This document shows, piece after piece, positions 39,398-50,400 of a stretch of DNA of 64,000 bases. How positions within the stretch are numbered: the stretch's first letter is position 1; every line of letters starts with the position of its first letter. Both the position numbers and the translations under genes were made by a program. The notes under the pieces were generated by a model. It was not told where the DNA came from. It worked only from the letters and a program-made list of their open reading frames with translations, and made no database searches. Origin of the DNA: Planctomycetota bacterium (lineage in GTDB: Bacteria; Planctomycetota; UBA8108; SXIK01); contig OZ244999.1 in assembly GCA_965223265.1 (NCBI GenBank), positions 3,264,001-3,328,000 on the forward strand. Reading direction: 5' to 3'.

Positions 39398-40936
39398 TCA
39401 CTCGGCTGCATCTCGCCGAGCGGCTACAAACCCGTAGAGGTCAGCGCGGACGAAGCGAAACTCGAGACGGACGATCTGGCCCTTGAGCTCGTGGATGGCA
39501 CCCGAGCGCCACTCCATTTGATGACGTGTTGCGTCGCCACGAAACGGCACGCAGTTTTCGTAGGAAAGCTCGCCTAGCGGATCGCGCCGAACATCGGTCA
39601 CGCGTACGGCGACCTGTCCGCCACGCGTGTCAGCGTTGATCACAAGATCTCCTCCCGGCCAGCGAAAAGGGCGCGTCACGAGATAGCTGGTGCGGCCTTC
39701 GGAGTCAGCGCGCACCGAGACGAAGCCTTCTTTGCGAAAGCGCAGGAGACCAACTGAGCCCCAGCTGTGGTGCTCGTTGTGGTAATCGCCGTGTCCCGAA
39801 TAGTAAAGCCACCACTCGTCGCCGTTCTCGATCACTCGATCGGCGGCGTAGACCATGCCGCGGTCCCACTCGGTGTCCGTGCCTACGGGAATCAACTTTT
39901 GACCGGATGCGCTTCGCCTCCAATTGAAACCGTCGCGGCTGGTGACCAGCTCGACCTCAACACTCATCGGCACTTGCCGAAGATGGTGTAAAAAGCCAAA
40001 GTAGACGCCGCCGTAGCGAAACGTCGGCATGGCGTAAAACCGATCGGCGTCGCCTGCGTCCGGGAGAAGCACGGTCGTCGGCATCTGACTCCACATCGTC
40101 CAGAGCTCTGGGCTGGAGAGCCGCGAAATCATGCGGTGATTCGCTTTCTTGGGAGTGCCCGTCGCGCCGCCGAAGATCATTTTGTTACGCAGAAACGTCA
40201 CGAACTCGCGGCGCTCCTCGTCGTACAGGAGCGTCTGGTGGCAGTCGATGCGTCGCGGAAGCACCTGCTGGCGTCGCTCAGCGAAGCGGATCCCGTCGTG
40301 CGACGTCGAGAGAAAGTGCGGGTAGTCGCCGCAGTACATCAAAATCCGGTGGTCGCGAAACGCGCTGCGCGGCAGAGAGCCAATGTTGCGGATGCTGCCC
40401 GCGTTCTCCGGCGGGGCTATCTGAATGTGTGGCGCGTGGGCCTCATTCTGTCCCTGTAGGACGATGTTCGTCCGCGCAATCGAACCCCATGGAACCAAGC
40501 CGAAGAGTGGCTTCGACCAGCGTATGCCGTCAGCCGACTCAGCGTAGCCGACGCAGTAGTTCACCGAGGGATACCCCGCCTTGCCCTTGACCTCGGGTCG
40601 CACGACCACCTGATAGTAGAGACGAAAGAGTTTCGCCTCGCTATCGTACGCGACCGAGAGATACCCGAGTCCGTCGGCTTCCCACGGCTTGTCTGGATCT
40701 CGCGTCACGATCGGTTTTGTGCTTCGCTCTGGCTTGTGCGCGACGTGGGGAACGGATGCGGAGAGGAAGTTCTCGTTGAAACGGTTCTCGATGAGGTAGT
40801 CATCGATGAAAAGCTGGGGTTCGTCGAGTTGGACGGTGCGACAGACGTGGGGGTCGCAGTCAGTCGGAGAGGCGGTCGTGTGGGTGAGGTTGGCGCTCAC
40901 CGTGATGAAAAGCCACGTAAGTCGAGCATATTGCAT
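39398..40936 (-). CDS. Secreted five-bladed beta-propeller glycoside-hydrolase-like protein
   Basis: Signal peptide; QLFIDD, YAESADGIRW, SRDGFNW, WDRG and WLYYSG; C-terminal beta-sandwich. Confidence 0.75.
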   Translation of the reverse strand: MQYARLTWLFITVSANLTHTTASPTDCDPHVCRTVQLDEPQLFIDDYLIENRFNENFLSASVPHVAHKPERSTKPIVTRDPDKPWEADGLGYLSVAYDSEAKLFRLYYQVVVRPEVKGKAGYPSVNYCVGYAESADGIRWSKPLFGLVPWGSIARTNIVLQGQNEAHAPHIQIAPPENAGSIRNIGSLPRSAFRDHRILMYCGDYPHFLSTSHDGIRFAERRQQVLPRRIDCHQTLLYDEERREFVTFLRNKMIFGGATGTPKKANHRMISRLSSPELWTMWSQMPTTVLLPDAGDADRFYAMPTFRYGGVYFGFLHHLRQVPMSVEVELVTSRDGFNWRRSASGQKLIPVGTDTEWDRGMVYAADRVIENGDEWWLYYSGHGDYHNEHHSWGSVGLLRFRKEGFVSVRADSEGRTSYLVTRPFRWPGGDLVINADTRGGQVAVRVTDVRRDPLGELSYENCVPFRGDATRHQMEWRSGAIHELKGQIVRLEFRFVRADLYGFVAARRDAAE

Positions 40937-41244
40937 GGGTGAACCTCCCATCCACCAAGCCTCCTATATCGAGCAGGGTAAGATTCTATGAGGCGATGGG
41001 GGGGCGCGCCACACTCAATGCGGCGAGTGCGGGGATGCGGCGGCTGGGGGTCGAGCGAAGCCGGGGCGACCGCTTCGATCGAGCCACTGAAACGCACGTT
41101 TCGATTCGGTTCTCCGAGTGCGTCTGGACGACACGTCCATAGATCTTCGGTCGTGAGAACGTAAAAGTCGTAACAACGTTTTGCCGAGTCTGCTGCTCTG
41201 CGCTATAAGGAGAGTCGTCTTAGCTGTGCGACGGTAGAGTCGTC

Positions 41245-42315
41245 GTGACTCTGATGCTGCTGCCCGGTATGAGAAGAGAAGAGAGGAAGACTGTGGCGAC
41301 CCCCGCGGGTGCCGTCATCCCTCGCGCTGTCGCGTTCATTGTTGGCGGCTTCGCGCTCGTCAACGCCGCCGGTGGATGGCTACGACCAGGATTCGACGCC
41401 AACAATTGGTGGATCGATCTGCGACCGTTGCCGTCGTTCGCCGCCAGTTGGTTTCTTTTTGTCGCCTCGGGATTCTTGCTTGCGCACAGCTTTTCTCCGG
41501 CCAGGCGAGCGACCGTACGCGCGCGTGTGACGTTGTCGCTGCTCGTCGTTCTGGCCGCTTTCGCCCTTTGGAACTGCGCACATTTTTTTATCCTCCAGGC
41601 TCAGGGTAGCATCGCAGCCGGCATTCCTCTGCCGTTCAGCGCGTTCGTTTTCGCCGCACTTGTGTGGGTCGGCTGGAGCGTCGGCCGCTGCGATTCAGTC
41701 GACTTGCGGTCACCGGCAAGGCGTGCCTCTGCGTTTGCCGTCGTGGTTGGCTTGTTGACGATCCTCCCGCTCTGCCAAATGTGGTGCTTCGGCAAAACCG
41801 ACTACCGCCGTCCCGCCGACGCCGCGGTCGTGTTCGGGGCCGGAGTTGATGCGAGCGGCCGACCTTCCGATGCGCTCAAGGACCGAGTCCGCACTGCATG
41901 CGCGCTTTATCATGAAGGCTTGGTGCGCCAGCTGATCTTCTCAGGCGGTCCCGGCGCTGGCAAAGTGCATGAGACTGAGGCCATGCGCCGGTTTGCGACC
42001 ACCCTTCCGAACCACGCCGTTCCCTACGACGCCATACTTCTCGATCCGGACGGTGTCAACACTCGTGCTACGGTCGAGAATACGTGCCGTCTCTTTCGCC
42101 AACACAACATCGCTCGAATTCTTGCCGTGAGCCACTTCTACCACCTACCTCGCATCAAGCTGGCGTACCAGCGTGCCGGGCGAAATGTGTACACGGTTCC
42201 GGCCGAGGAGTCCTATACGTTGACCATGCTGCCATGGTATGTAGCTCGGGAGGTCGCAGCCGTCTGGGCTTACTTCGTTGCTCCAGGGGCGGTACCGCGT
42301 CTCGCGAACGCCTGA
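41245..42315 (+). CDS. YdcF/SanA (DUF218) family membrane protein
   Basis: Several TM helices, then VVFGA, LKDRV, LIFSGG, NTRATVEN, VSHFYHLPR and AREV. Confidence 0.85.
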   Translation: MTLMLLPGMRREERKTVATPAGAVIPRAVAFIVGGFALVNAAGGWLRPGFDANNWWIDLRPLPSFAASWFLFVASGFLLAHSFSPARRATVRARVTLSLLVVLAAFALWNCAHFFILQAQGSIAAGIPLPFSAFVFAALVWVGWSVGRCDSVDLRSPARRASAFAVVVGLLTILPLCQMWCFGKTDYRRPADAAVVFGAGVDASGRPSDALKDRVRTACALYHEGLVRQLIFSGGPGAGKVHETEAMRRFATTLPNHAVPYDAILLDPDGVNTRATVENTCRLFRQHNIARILAVSHFYHLPRIKLAYQRAGRNVYTVPAEESYTLTMLPWYVAREVAAVWAYFVAPGAVPRLANA

Positions 42316-42732
42316 ACTCTTCAGGATTCCCAACTCACTTTGCGGCGTCTCGCAATTCCACGTTTGTTGCTGACGGTTTGGACTGCCGCCATGTGAAGGC
42401 TTCCAACGGCTCGACGTCTCCGACTGCCTGACGTTGGCGCACGTTCATTGCCATCCAAACCCGCAGTCCCGTCGCCGCGGATTCTTCGGGGGCGCGCTGC
42501 ACCGCCAACCCCCCTACGACGATGAACGTGAGGGCTCGTCGTCGCGCTCGATGAGTCATTGCCTGACGATTCAACTCGCGTTGCAACCCCGCTGGCGTCG
42601 TGATACTGTGGGGCCCGGTCGGTCACGTCGGCCCGCGCCGCGGCGTAGGCGCGCCGTGGAGTACGCAGACGCTCCCGGCGGCGGGGTTCGGAGTGCTTCC
42701 GACGAACATCTCGGACTTCTTTAGAGGATCGC

Positions 42733-44088
42733 ATGGATCGTCAGCGACGTCGCCCCAATCGCCGGCAGTTTCTTAGCAGCTCGGCGGCGAGCCTGGCCGC
42801 ATTCACGATCGCTCCGTCGCACATACTGGGCGGGGAGAAGACACCGCCAAGCGAAAGGCTCAACCTTGCGTACATCGGCGCTGGCGGTCGCGGGGTGGCG
42901 AATTCGCGGGCCCTGAGTCCGTATACGAACGTGCTCGCTCTGTGCGATGTCGATGACCAACGTGCGAAAATTGCCTACGAGAAGTATCCGTCTGCCCAGC
43001 GGTTCCGCGACTATCGCAAGATGCTTGATCGACTCGAGAATTCGATCGACGCCGTGGTCGTTTCGACTCCCGATCACACGCATGCCGTTGCAGTCATGGA
43101 CGCGCTTCGACGCGGCAAGCATGTCTACTGCGAGAAGCCCCTCGCGCACTCGATTCATGAGATTCGGGCGATGATGGAACTCGCGAGCCAAAAGGGTGTC
43201 GTCACCCAACTCGGCAATCAAGGCCACGCGTCGAGAGACATCCGCAAGCTTGTCGAGTGGGTCCGCGACGGCGCCATCGGACGCGTGCACACCATTCACG
43301 CCGCCTGCAGCGCGGTGCACTGCAAAATTGACCAGTTGCCGCAGCGGCGGGAAAAGCCAGCAGTTCTCAAAGGCGTTGACTGGGACCTCTGGCTCGGACC
43401 GGCAGCCAAGCGCGCCTTTCACCCGATGTACATTCGAGGCCAGTGGCGTGGCTGGAAGCCCTTCGGTAACGGCACCATCGGCGATTGGGTCTGCCACGTT
43501 CTCGACCCGTCGTTTTGGGCACTCGAACTCGGCGCGCCTGCGTCCGTCAAGGCGCTCGACGTTGGCGACTATGATCCGTCCGAGCATGCCGACACGTTCC
43601 CGTGCGGCAGTGCGCTTCGCTTCGAGTTTCCGGCGCGCGGCGATCGCCCGCCGGTGACGCTGTTTTGGTACAGCGGCTCGCGCTCTCTACCGCGTCCGGC
43701 TGAACTCGAGCCTGATCGTGAGCCGGTGCGTACGGGAGCCGTCCTCTTCGGCGACGGTGGTACGATCATGCACGGTTCCCACGGCGCTCGCGACGTCGAG
43801 CTTCTCCCAAAGGAGCGCATGCTCGACTACAAACGGCCGACGCCAACGATTCCACGCGTCAAGAATCACCGGCACGATTTTGTGCAGGCGATCTTGGAAG
43901 GTCGGCGCGCCGGATCCGATTTCGTCACCTATGGCGGGCCGCTCACGGAAATCGCGCTGCTCGGAGTCATTGCACTCAGTTTTCCCGGCCGAAAACTCAG
44001 TTGGAACGCGGCACAAGGGCGATTCACCGACTGTGACGAGGCCAACGCTTTGATTGCACCGCCGTATCGTCGCGGTTGGGTGCTGTAG
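42733..44088 (+). CDS. Tat-exported Gfo/Idh/MocA oxidoreductase
   Basis: NRRQFL Tat motif, IGAGGRG, STPDHTH, YCEKP and QLGNQ. Confidence 0.9.
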   Translation: MDRQRRRPNRRQFLSSSAASLAAFTIAPSHILGGEKTPPSERLNLAYIGAGGRGVANSRALSPYTNVLALCDVDDQRAKIAYEKYPSAQRFRDYRKMLDRLENSIDAVVVSTPDHTHAVAVMDALRRGKHVYCEKPLAHSIHEIRAMMELASQKGVVTQLGNQGHASRDIRKLVEWVRDGAIGRVHTIHAACSAVHCKIDQLPQRREKPAVLKGVDWDLWLGPAAKRAFHPMYIRGQWRGWKPFGNGTIGDWVCHVLDPSFWALELGAPASVKALDVGDYDPSEHADTFPCGSALRFEFPARGDRPPVTLFWYSGSRSLPRPAELEPDREPVRTGAVLFGDGGTIMHGSHGARDVELLPKERMLDYKRPTPTIPRVKNHRHDFVQAILEGRRAGSDFVTYGGPLTEIALLGVIALSFPGRKLSWNAAQGRFTDCDEANALIAPPYRRGWVL

Positions 44089-44201
44089 CGCGGGGATCGG
44101 AGTGCCCGGAGATTCCAGTTTTTATGGACAGCGCGGTGCCGCCGCTGATCGACACTGCTGGAGTCGGCGGTTGCGTCCGGATCTCAGGGTGTCCGGAGAA
44201 T

Positions 44202-45377
44202 CTAGTTTGTCGGTGAGCTAGCGAGCGCGACGATCGAACGACGACGTGGCTCATTCGACGCTGCCACCTTGTATTGGTCGTTCACAATGGCGCTTTCGTC
44301 GAACGTGATGTGTAGGATCGCGGTGCGTTCATCGGTCGTGCAGATGATATGAACCCTGCCGTCGCGCCCTTGGATGGCGTACGGGTAGGCGAAGGTGTTG
44401 TCATCCGTGAGAAGGTTGCGTCGATAGGGGTAGGTCTTGTCGCCGTCGAGGGAAACGGCAACTGTTAGCGGTGTCCGCTCGTTCATGTTGTCGTTGTAGA
44501 CGAGAAGTAGGTTGCCGCTTTGGAGCTTGATAAAGTCGACCGCCGAGTTGGGATTACGAAATTCGGTCTGTTTCGCATCAGTGAATGTCCGCCCCCCGTC
44601 GCGCGACTCTGCTCGCAGCAAGTAGCCATCGTCCGTGGGAAGAAAGTTACCGCCGCGTCGGATGTAGCACACAAGGTAGTCGTCCGTGAGCTGTGCGACC
44701 TGTGCCTGGAGATTGCCCATGGGTGAGCGGATGTAGTTGGTCTCGGTCCACTCTTTGGTGCGTGGGTTGTAGCGCATGAAGTAGGAGGCGGTATCCGAGG
44801 CCGTAGCCTCGCGATCGTCACCGGTTTCATAGTAGAGCGGCAGCAGGTAGTCTCCGTTGGTCAGCACGATGGGCTGCCCCCGAGCCATCGTGCCTTCTTT
44901 CCATGTCAGCATGAACGAGTCGGACCATGTCTGGCAGCCATCGCGCGAGATTTTTGCTTTGACGCGAGCGTTGGACCAGGTCTCTCCGTAGCGATTTACG
45001 TAGAAGAGCCACACGACACCGTCAGGTGCCTGCCAGACGACCGGGTTTCCCTCCGACCGGTCGGGGGTGTCAGCGATGGCTTTGGGGAGGGTCCAGCGGC
45101 TGGATCCCTTCTTCAATCGGGCACCGTAGACGGCGGTGTCGTCGCCGTACTCGCCGGAACCGCCGTAGAACGTCAAGTAGAGGTCGCCGCTGTCGAGCTC
45201 GGTGATCGACGCCGGATGCTTGTAGTGGCCGCCGGGGTGTTCAGGGCCGAAGACTCGCGTGACTTTGACGTCCAGTTCGGCCGGGGTGCCCGAGCTCGGC
45301 GTTCCGAGGTGGGAGCAGGAAATCAAAAGCCAGGTAGCCAGAATAGGGATCGACGACTTAGGAACGCAGCGATGCAT
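44202..45377 (-). CDS. BNR/Asp-box sialidase-like protein, probable lipoprotein
   Basis: LLISC lipobox-like; Asp-boxes SRDGCQTW, SRDGGRTF and SLDGDKTY; NPNS and FAYP. Confidence 0.8.
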   Translation of the reverse strand: MHRCVPKSSIPILATWLLISCSHLGTPSSGTPAELDVKVTRVFGPEHPGGHYKHPASITELDSGDLYLTFYGGSGEYGDDTAVYGARLKKGSSRWTLPKAIADTPDRSEGNPVVWQAPDGVVWLFYVNRYGETWSNARVKAKISRDGCQTWSDSFMLTWKEGTMARGQPIVLTNGDYLLPLYYETGDDREATASDTASYFMRYNPRTKEWTETNYIRSPMGNLQAQVAQLTDDYLVCYIRRGGNFLPTDDGYLLRAESRDGGRTFTDAKQTEFRNPNSAVDFIKLQSGNLLLVYNDNMNERTPLTVAVSLDGDKTYPYRRNLLTDDNTFAYPYAIQGRDGRVHIICTTDERTAILHITFDESAIVNDQYKVAASNEPRRRSIVALASSPTN

Positions 45378-45566
45378 GCCGAGACTCCTTCTTTGTTGTT
45401 TGGCCGCTATCATAGCAGGCTTCGTCGAGCAGCCAAGAGTCTCTCCAGCGAGTGCCAGGTTTTGGAGTGATCGAGTCGAACTTTCGATCTGCTGCTCATC
45501 TGTTCGACGAGCTCCTGAATTGGAAGCTCGACAGAACGTCAAAGAGCAGCGCGCGACGGATTCCCG

Positions 45567-47357
45567 TCAGCGCCTCGCTGTCCGCGCCGCTGCGGTCTTG
45601 CCGCTCGCCGTGGCAGTTGCCGCCGCCGCCTTCGGCAACGTCACGGAAACGACCTCTGAGTGCACTGACTCGTTGAACGAGCCATCGACCGCCGTAACGA
45701 CGAAGTGATACGTGCGGCCGGGCTGCAGGCCGAAGTTGGTGTAGGTTTCGTCGTAGATCACTGAGGCGATCTCGCCAAAGGGGCCACGTTTTTCGTGCGC
45801 GCGGTAGATTGTGTAGCTGTCGAAATCGGCCTCTGTATTCTCCTTCCACGTGAGCACGGCCGCGCCGTCTCGCAGGGTCAGCTTGAGACGGCTCGGTGCG
45901 GCCGGCGGTAGAGGGGAAGCTGGCATCGATCGCGGCGATTCGTTGCCACTTTGATCAAGCGCTGTGACGAAGAACCAGTCGGCGAGCTCGAAGCGGTTCT
46001 TTGACAACGTCATCGTGCGCTCGCGCACTGGTTCCTGCGTGACGCGCGTGTACGGCCCCTCTAGATCAGCGGATCGATAGACGTGATAGCCAGCAAAGTC
46101 TTTTTCCCGATTTCGCGCCCAAGTGAGCTGGACGTTCTGCGAGTCTTTCTTGACTTTGGCGCGGAGCGTCTTCGGTGCGTCCGGGGCACTGAAGTCGCGC
46201 CGCGCCGCGCTTTCCGATGCTAGCTCATTCAGCAGCCCCCAAGCTCGCACCTCCAAAACGCTCACGTCGCCACTGTCTTCACCTCGCAGTACGAGCGGGC
46301 CGGCAACGTGCACCGGCGGTAGATGCGGCGTCCAGCGCTCGAGCAGAGCAGCGTACGCGTTGTGTTCCACGTCCGTAGGCAATATCTCGCGTTTCTTGCG
46401 ATAGTCCCACTTGACGTTCCGCGTCAAAGGGGTCAAGTACATCCACGTGTCCGTTCCGGTCGGCTGCAGTGCCAGCTGCCCGAGGCGCTTGGCGACCCGT
46501 CCAGACACTGTCGCTTCGATCCCGAAGAGCTGCGCTCCGTCGCCTGTCGATTGGATACTCTTGGCCCACGTCGCGACGTCCACCTGCGCGGCCTTTTCGA
46601 GACGCACCTCGACGGTCGAGGTCGCCAGGTCGGGTGCGCCGCCGACGGCAGCAATGCCTGGGAGTTGCTCGACCGTGCTGCGCATAGTTGCCCACGGCTC
46701 TGTCAGTCCGTAGGGGCTGTTGACGCGAATCCCCAGACGGAGTTCGCGAAGCACGGAGTCATCTCGAGCGCCGAAGGCGTAGAATTCCCGGACCTGCAGC
46801 GTCAGTTCTGTTCTTCCGTCGCTCTGTACGACCGGCCCGATGACGCGCAGAGGTCGGCGGTCTTCAACCCACTGCGCGGTGAGCCGTGCATGCGCGCCCG
46901 CCTCGACCGGACGGACCGGAAAGGGGCTCTTGCTGCGAAAGTCCCACTGCACTTTGGTTTCGAGCGGCACCAAGCGAAACACATCGCCATCGGGCGCTAC
47001 GAGCACAAAATCGGCGCCGCGCTTTTCGATCCGGCCGTCGACGGTTGCTTCCATGCCACGGAGTCGCGCGCCGATACGGATCCCTTCGATGAACTTCGCG
47101 ACCTCGCGCGGTGCGAGCATGCGGCCTCCTGCCGGCCGGACGATGCAGGTGTTGTGCTCGGCGTTCGGTTCCTCGGCGACGAGCTCGGCACCGGGAAGGC
47201 CGACGAGGCCAGCATAGACCTGCGGGTAGCATTCGCCCAATCCGAAGGGGCAGTTGAGCCCGATGCCGAAGCTCAGTGAGCGGATTTGGGCCGTAGCGTC
47301 CGCCGGAAGGCTCAGCGCTGCTAAAACCGTGAGGGTCAAAGAAAGGAGTCGTTTCAT
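45567..47357 (-). CDS. Secreted protein with two tandem CPxGLxxC-type domains and two FN3 domains
   Basis: Signal peptide; repeat 1 GIGLNCPFGLGEC...RGMEATVDG...KVQWD; repeat 2 GIRVNSPYGLTEP...FGIEATVSG...NVKWD; FN3 motifs VTALDQSGNES and VTAVDGSFNES. Confidence 0.75.
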   Translation of the reverse strand: MKRLLSLTLTVLAALSLPADATAQIRSLSFGIGLNCPFGLGECYPQVYAGLVGLPGAELVAEEPNAEHNTCIVRPAGGRMLAPREVAKFIEGIRIGARLRGMEATVDGRIEKRGADFVLVAPDGDVFRLVPLETKVQWDFRSKSPFPVRPVEAGAHARLTAQWVEDRRPLRVIGPVVQSDGRTELTLQVREFYAFGARDDSVLRELRLGIRVNSPYGLTEPWATMRSTVEQLPGIAAVGGAPDLATSTVEVRLEKAAQVDVATWAKSIQSTGDGAQLFGIEATVSGRVAKRLGQLALQPTGTDTWMYLTPLTRNVKWDYRKKREILPTDVEHNAYAALLERWTPHLPPVHVAGPLVLRGEDSGDVSVLEVRAWGLLNELASESAARRDFSAPDAPKTLRAKVKKDSQNVQLTWARNREKDFAGYHVYRSADLEGPYTRVTQEPVRERTMTLSKNRFELADWFFVTALDQSGNESPRSMPASPLPPAAPSRLKLTLRDGAAVLTWKENTEADFDSYTIYRAHEKRGPFGEIASVIYDETYTNFGLQPGRTYHFVVTAVDGSFNESVHSEVVSVTLPKAAAATATASGKTAAARTARR

Positions 47358-47413
47358 GGGAGGTTGCCTGTGGTGATGGTCGCGCTTGTCGTCAAACCCT
47401 TCACGTCGTAGCT

Positions 47414-50400
47414 TCAGTCGAACACGATGTAGGCGACTTGCTCAGTCGTGTGTTTGCGTTCGGAATCGCGGATTTGGTCTTCGTCGTACGCCAGATCAAG
47501 ACCAAGTGCCAGCGGCGCGGCTCCGTAGAGGATGGGCCAGCCACCATTGTTTCCATCCATACCTGCAGAGCTGATGATCGCCACGTGTGGATTCGGCAAG
47601 CCGAGTGCGTAGCGATACGGCGGGCTGTTGGTGACACCGCGAATCGAGTCGCCACCCAAAGCCGCTTCATAGTTGACCCCAGCAATGGATCCGGAGCCTG
47701 CCTCGATGACGATGTATCCGATGGTTTCGTCGGCGCGCGTGGTGATCGTGTCCTCGGCCACATGTTTACCCATGGCGAGGCTGCCGCTGGACGGTGGTGT
47801 CTTCGCGCCGCCGTTACTCGCCCAGAACATGGACCAGTTGATGTCGTTCTCGCTCATGACTTGACCCAGAACCACCGGATTCGTGTAGGTATTGAGATAG
47901 GAGCGGGGACCGGGCGTCCACGATCCTTGGCGGTCCGTATCTGTTGACGTGTACTTGACGGCTTCCATGGTGACGCCGTCAACAGCGGCTGTGTACACAC
48001 CCGCTTCGACCGCGACGTAGTGCACGGAGTATCCATTCAGCGCCGCGTCTCCGGGGTTTTGCACTTTCAGTTCGAAGCTGCTGCCACCGGCGTTTCGCAC
48101 GCGCGGCACCGCAGGTTGATCGCTTGCACTGTAGTTGACCGAGCAGACGACGACCATCGACTGAAACGACTGCTGCAGCGTCACGATTTGCCAGTTGCTG
48201 TCGACACCCGTGATCACACCAGTCTCCAGGGTCAAACCAGCGGGAGCCTGCGGCTGGGCGCTGGTTTCCTCGGAATCGAAGCTCTCGCCGCCCGTGTTCG
48301 AGGCGCTGACGACGTAGAAGTACGTCGTGCCGTTGTGAGTGTCTCCATCGTCATATGAGGTCGCCGTGACGCCCGTCGCGATCACCGTGAACGGGTTGGT
48401 GCCGGTAGCACGCTTGACGTTGTAAGTGTCTGCGCCAGGGGACGCGGTCCAGTTGAGCGCAACCGTTCCATCGCCAGCACTCGCGGTCAGGTCTATTGGA
48501 GGGACAGGAACTGCCGCCGGCTCGTCGTCGTCGATCTGCTCGAGGTAGGCGACGAGCTGAAGCTGCTGCTGGGCAGTGAGTGTGCTCGTCACACCGTGCA
48601 GGTCCGCGGAGTTCTGCGTCGTGATGACGTCCAGAAGAGAGCTCGCCGAGCCATCGTGAAGGTACGGCGCGCTGTTCCAGAGGCCCCGGAGCGTCGGTGT
48701 GTCGAGGCCCGTGAGGGGCTGACCGAGTCGCTCACCGGAGGAGGCCTTGATCGTGCCAACGTCGTGCAGCAGGAGCCCACTCGTTCCCACGGTGCTGTCA
48801 GTGAATTCCGTTCCGGCGTGACATAGCGCGCACTCGAGTTGCTGAAAGATCTGCTTTCCCAGCAGAGCGTCAGCCGTCAGCGTTCCGTCGCCGTTGCGAT
48901 GAGGGCTGAGGCCGCTCTCCGCCAGAGAGGTGACGTACGCGGCCAGTGCATCGAGATCGGCGCTCCTGCCGGCATTCGGAGCCCCAAGGGAACTGTTCGG
49001 TTGGCCGTTGATGAAACCCGTACCGCCGAAGGCGCCGCGAATGTCGAGTTCAAAGTCTTGGATCTCGTCAAAGTTGGCAGTCCAGTGGACGTTGCCGTGT
49101 CCTGTGCCAGCTCTTCTTGTCAGCGCGATCGTGTTACGCAGTCCTTCGCCGCGGTCGGTGAAGTCCCAAACACGACCATCTTCGCCGCCGTCGAGGTGGC
49201 AGGTGGCGCAGCTCAAGTAGCCTTGGAGAGTCATGCGCGTGTCGGCGGCGTTATAGAAGATCTGCTTCCCAAGGAGTACTTCGGGCGCGAGCAGCTCGGT
49301 ATCCACTGCATCGATCACAGCAAGCTCCGTGGCGCTTGTGCTTGTGCCGTTCGCCAGCCCGGCGATGTCGAACGCCGAAACGCTCCGCGTCATGAAGTTG
49401 AGCACGAACAGTCTCAGGCCGTCCGGAGTGACGACTATGTCCTGAGGTGCGAGTTCGCCGCCCAGCAGGATGTCTGTGACCGTGGAATTGTCGTAGGCGT
49501 TGAACACTCTGACGGCGTTGTTGCCTTGGTAGGCGATGAACGCGAGGTCGCCTACCGGTGAGAAGTCCACACCGTGCGGAAGCTCGTGATCGTCCACGTC
49601 GTGACGTTCGGTGAGTTCCTCGACGTTGGCGATCAGGTTCAGCTTCGAGAAGATGGACCGCACGGTGCTGTCCTGCGTCAAGACGATGCCGTCACGGAAG
49701 AGCCCTCGATCGGTATTGTCCTTCTTCGACGGCACCCAGAGCCGCTGTCCGTCGGGCGAGATGGCCATCTGTACAAGGTAGTTCGGCGTGCCGCGCCCTG
49801 AGAACTCAGAGTCTGGTGTGGTGTCGTGCGCCAGCGTGAATGTGCGTGTGACGGTAAACGTCGGAGCGTCCACCTCACGCACCTCGCCGACGAGCATGGG
49901 CGAGACGAAACGGCCGACGAAGATGCGGCCCGAGTCGGCAGAGATCGCGAGCGCTCGAGGCGCCGGTCCGACATCAAGCGTGCGGATTTGTGTGCGTGTG
50001 GCGGGATCCCACTCGGCGAGCAGGCCACCGTCCATGTACGTGACGTAGGCGGCGCTATCGTTCGACGCGAACGCAATCCCCATCGGCCGCGCGCCACGTG
50101 GCGTCGCGAGCACCTGGAGGGGTGCCCCGCTAACCGCATCCAAGACATAGATCTCGTCTGAGCTTTCGCAAGTCACCCAGATTTCGCTGCTGCCTGGACC
50201 CAATGCGAGGCTACGTGGCTCGACGCCAACGGGGATCTCGAAATCCTTGGTCAACCCAGCGCTGTCGATTCGCGTCACCGTGTTGCTGTCCGGATTGACG
50301 TTCCATACCTTGGAGCGGGCGGCGTCGTAGACAATCTGCGCCGAAGCGGTCGCTTCGCCTGGTGGTAACGCCAAGTGGACGATCTGTACGATCGTCGACG

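Noticed and set aside
42321-42730. Small ORFs between ydcF and the oxidoreductase
   Set aside because: Conflicting overlapping frames, no clear RBS or family signal.
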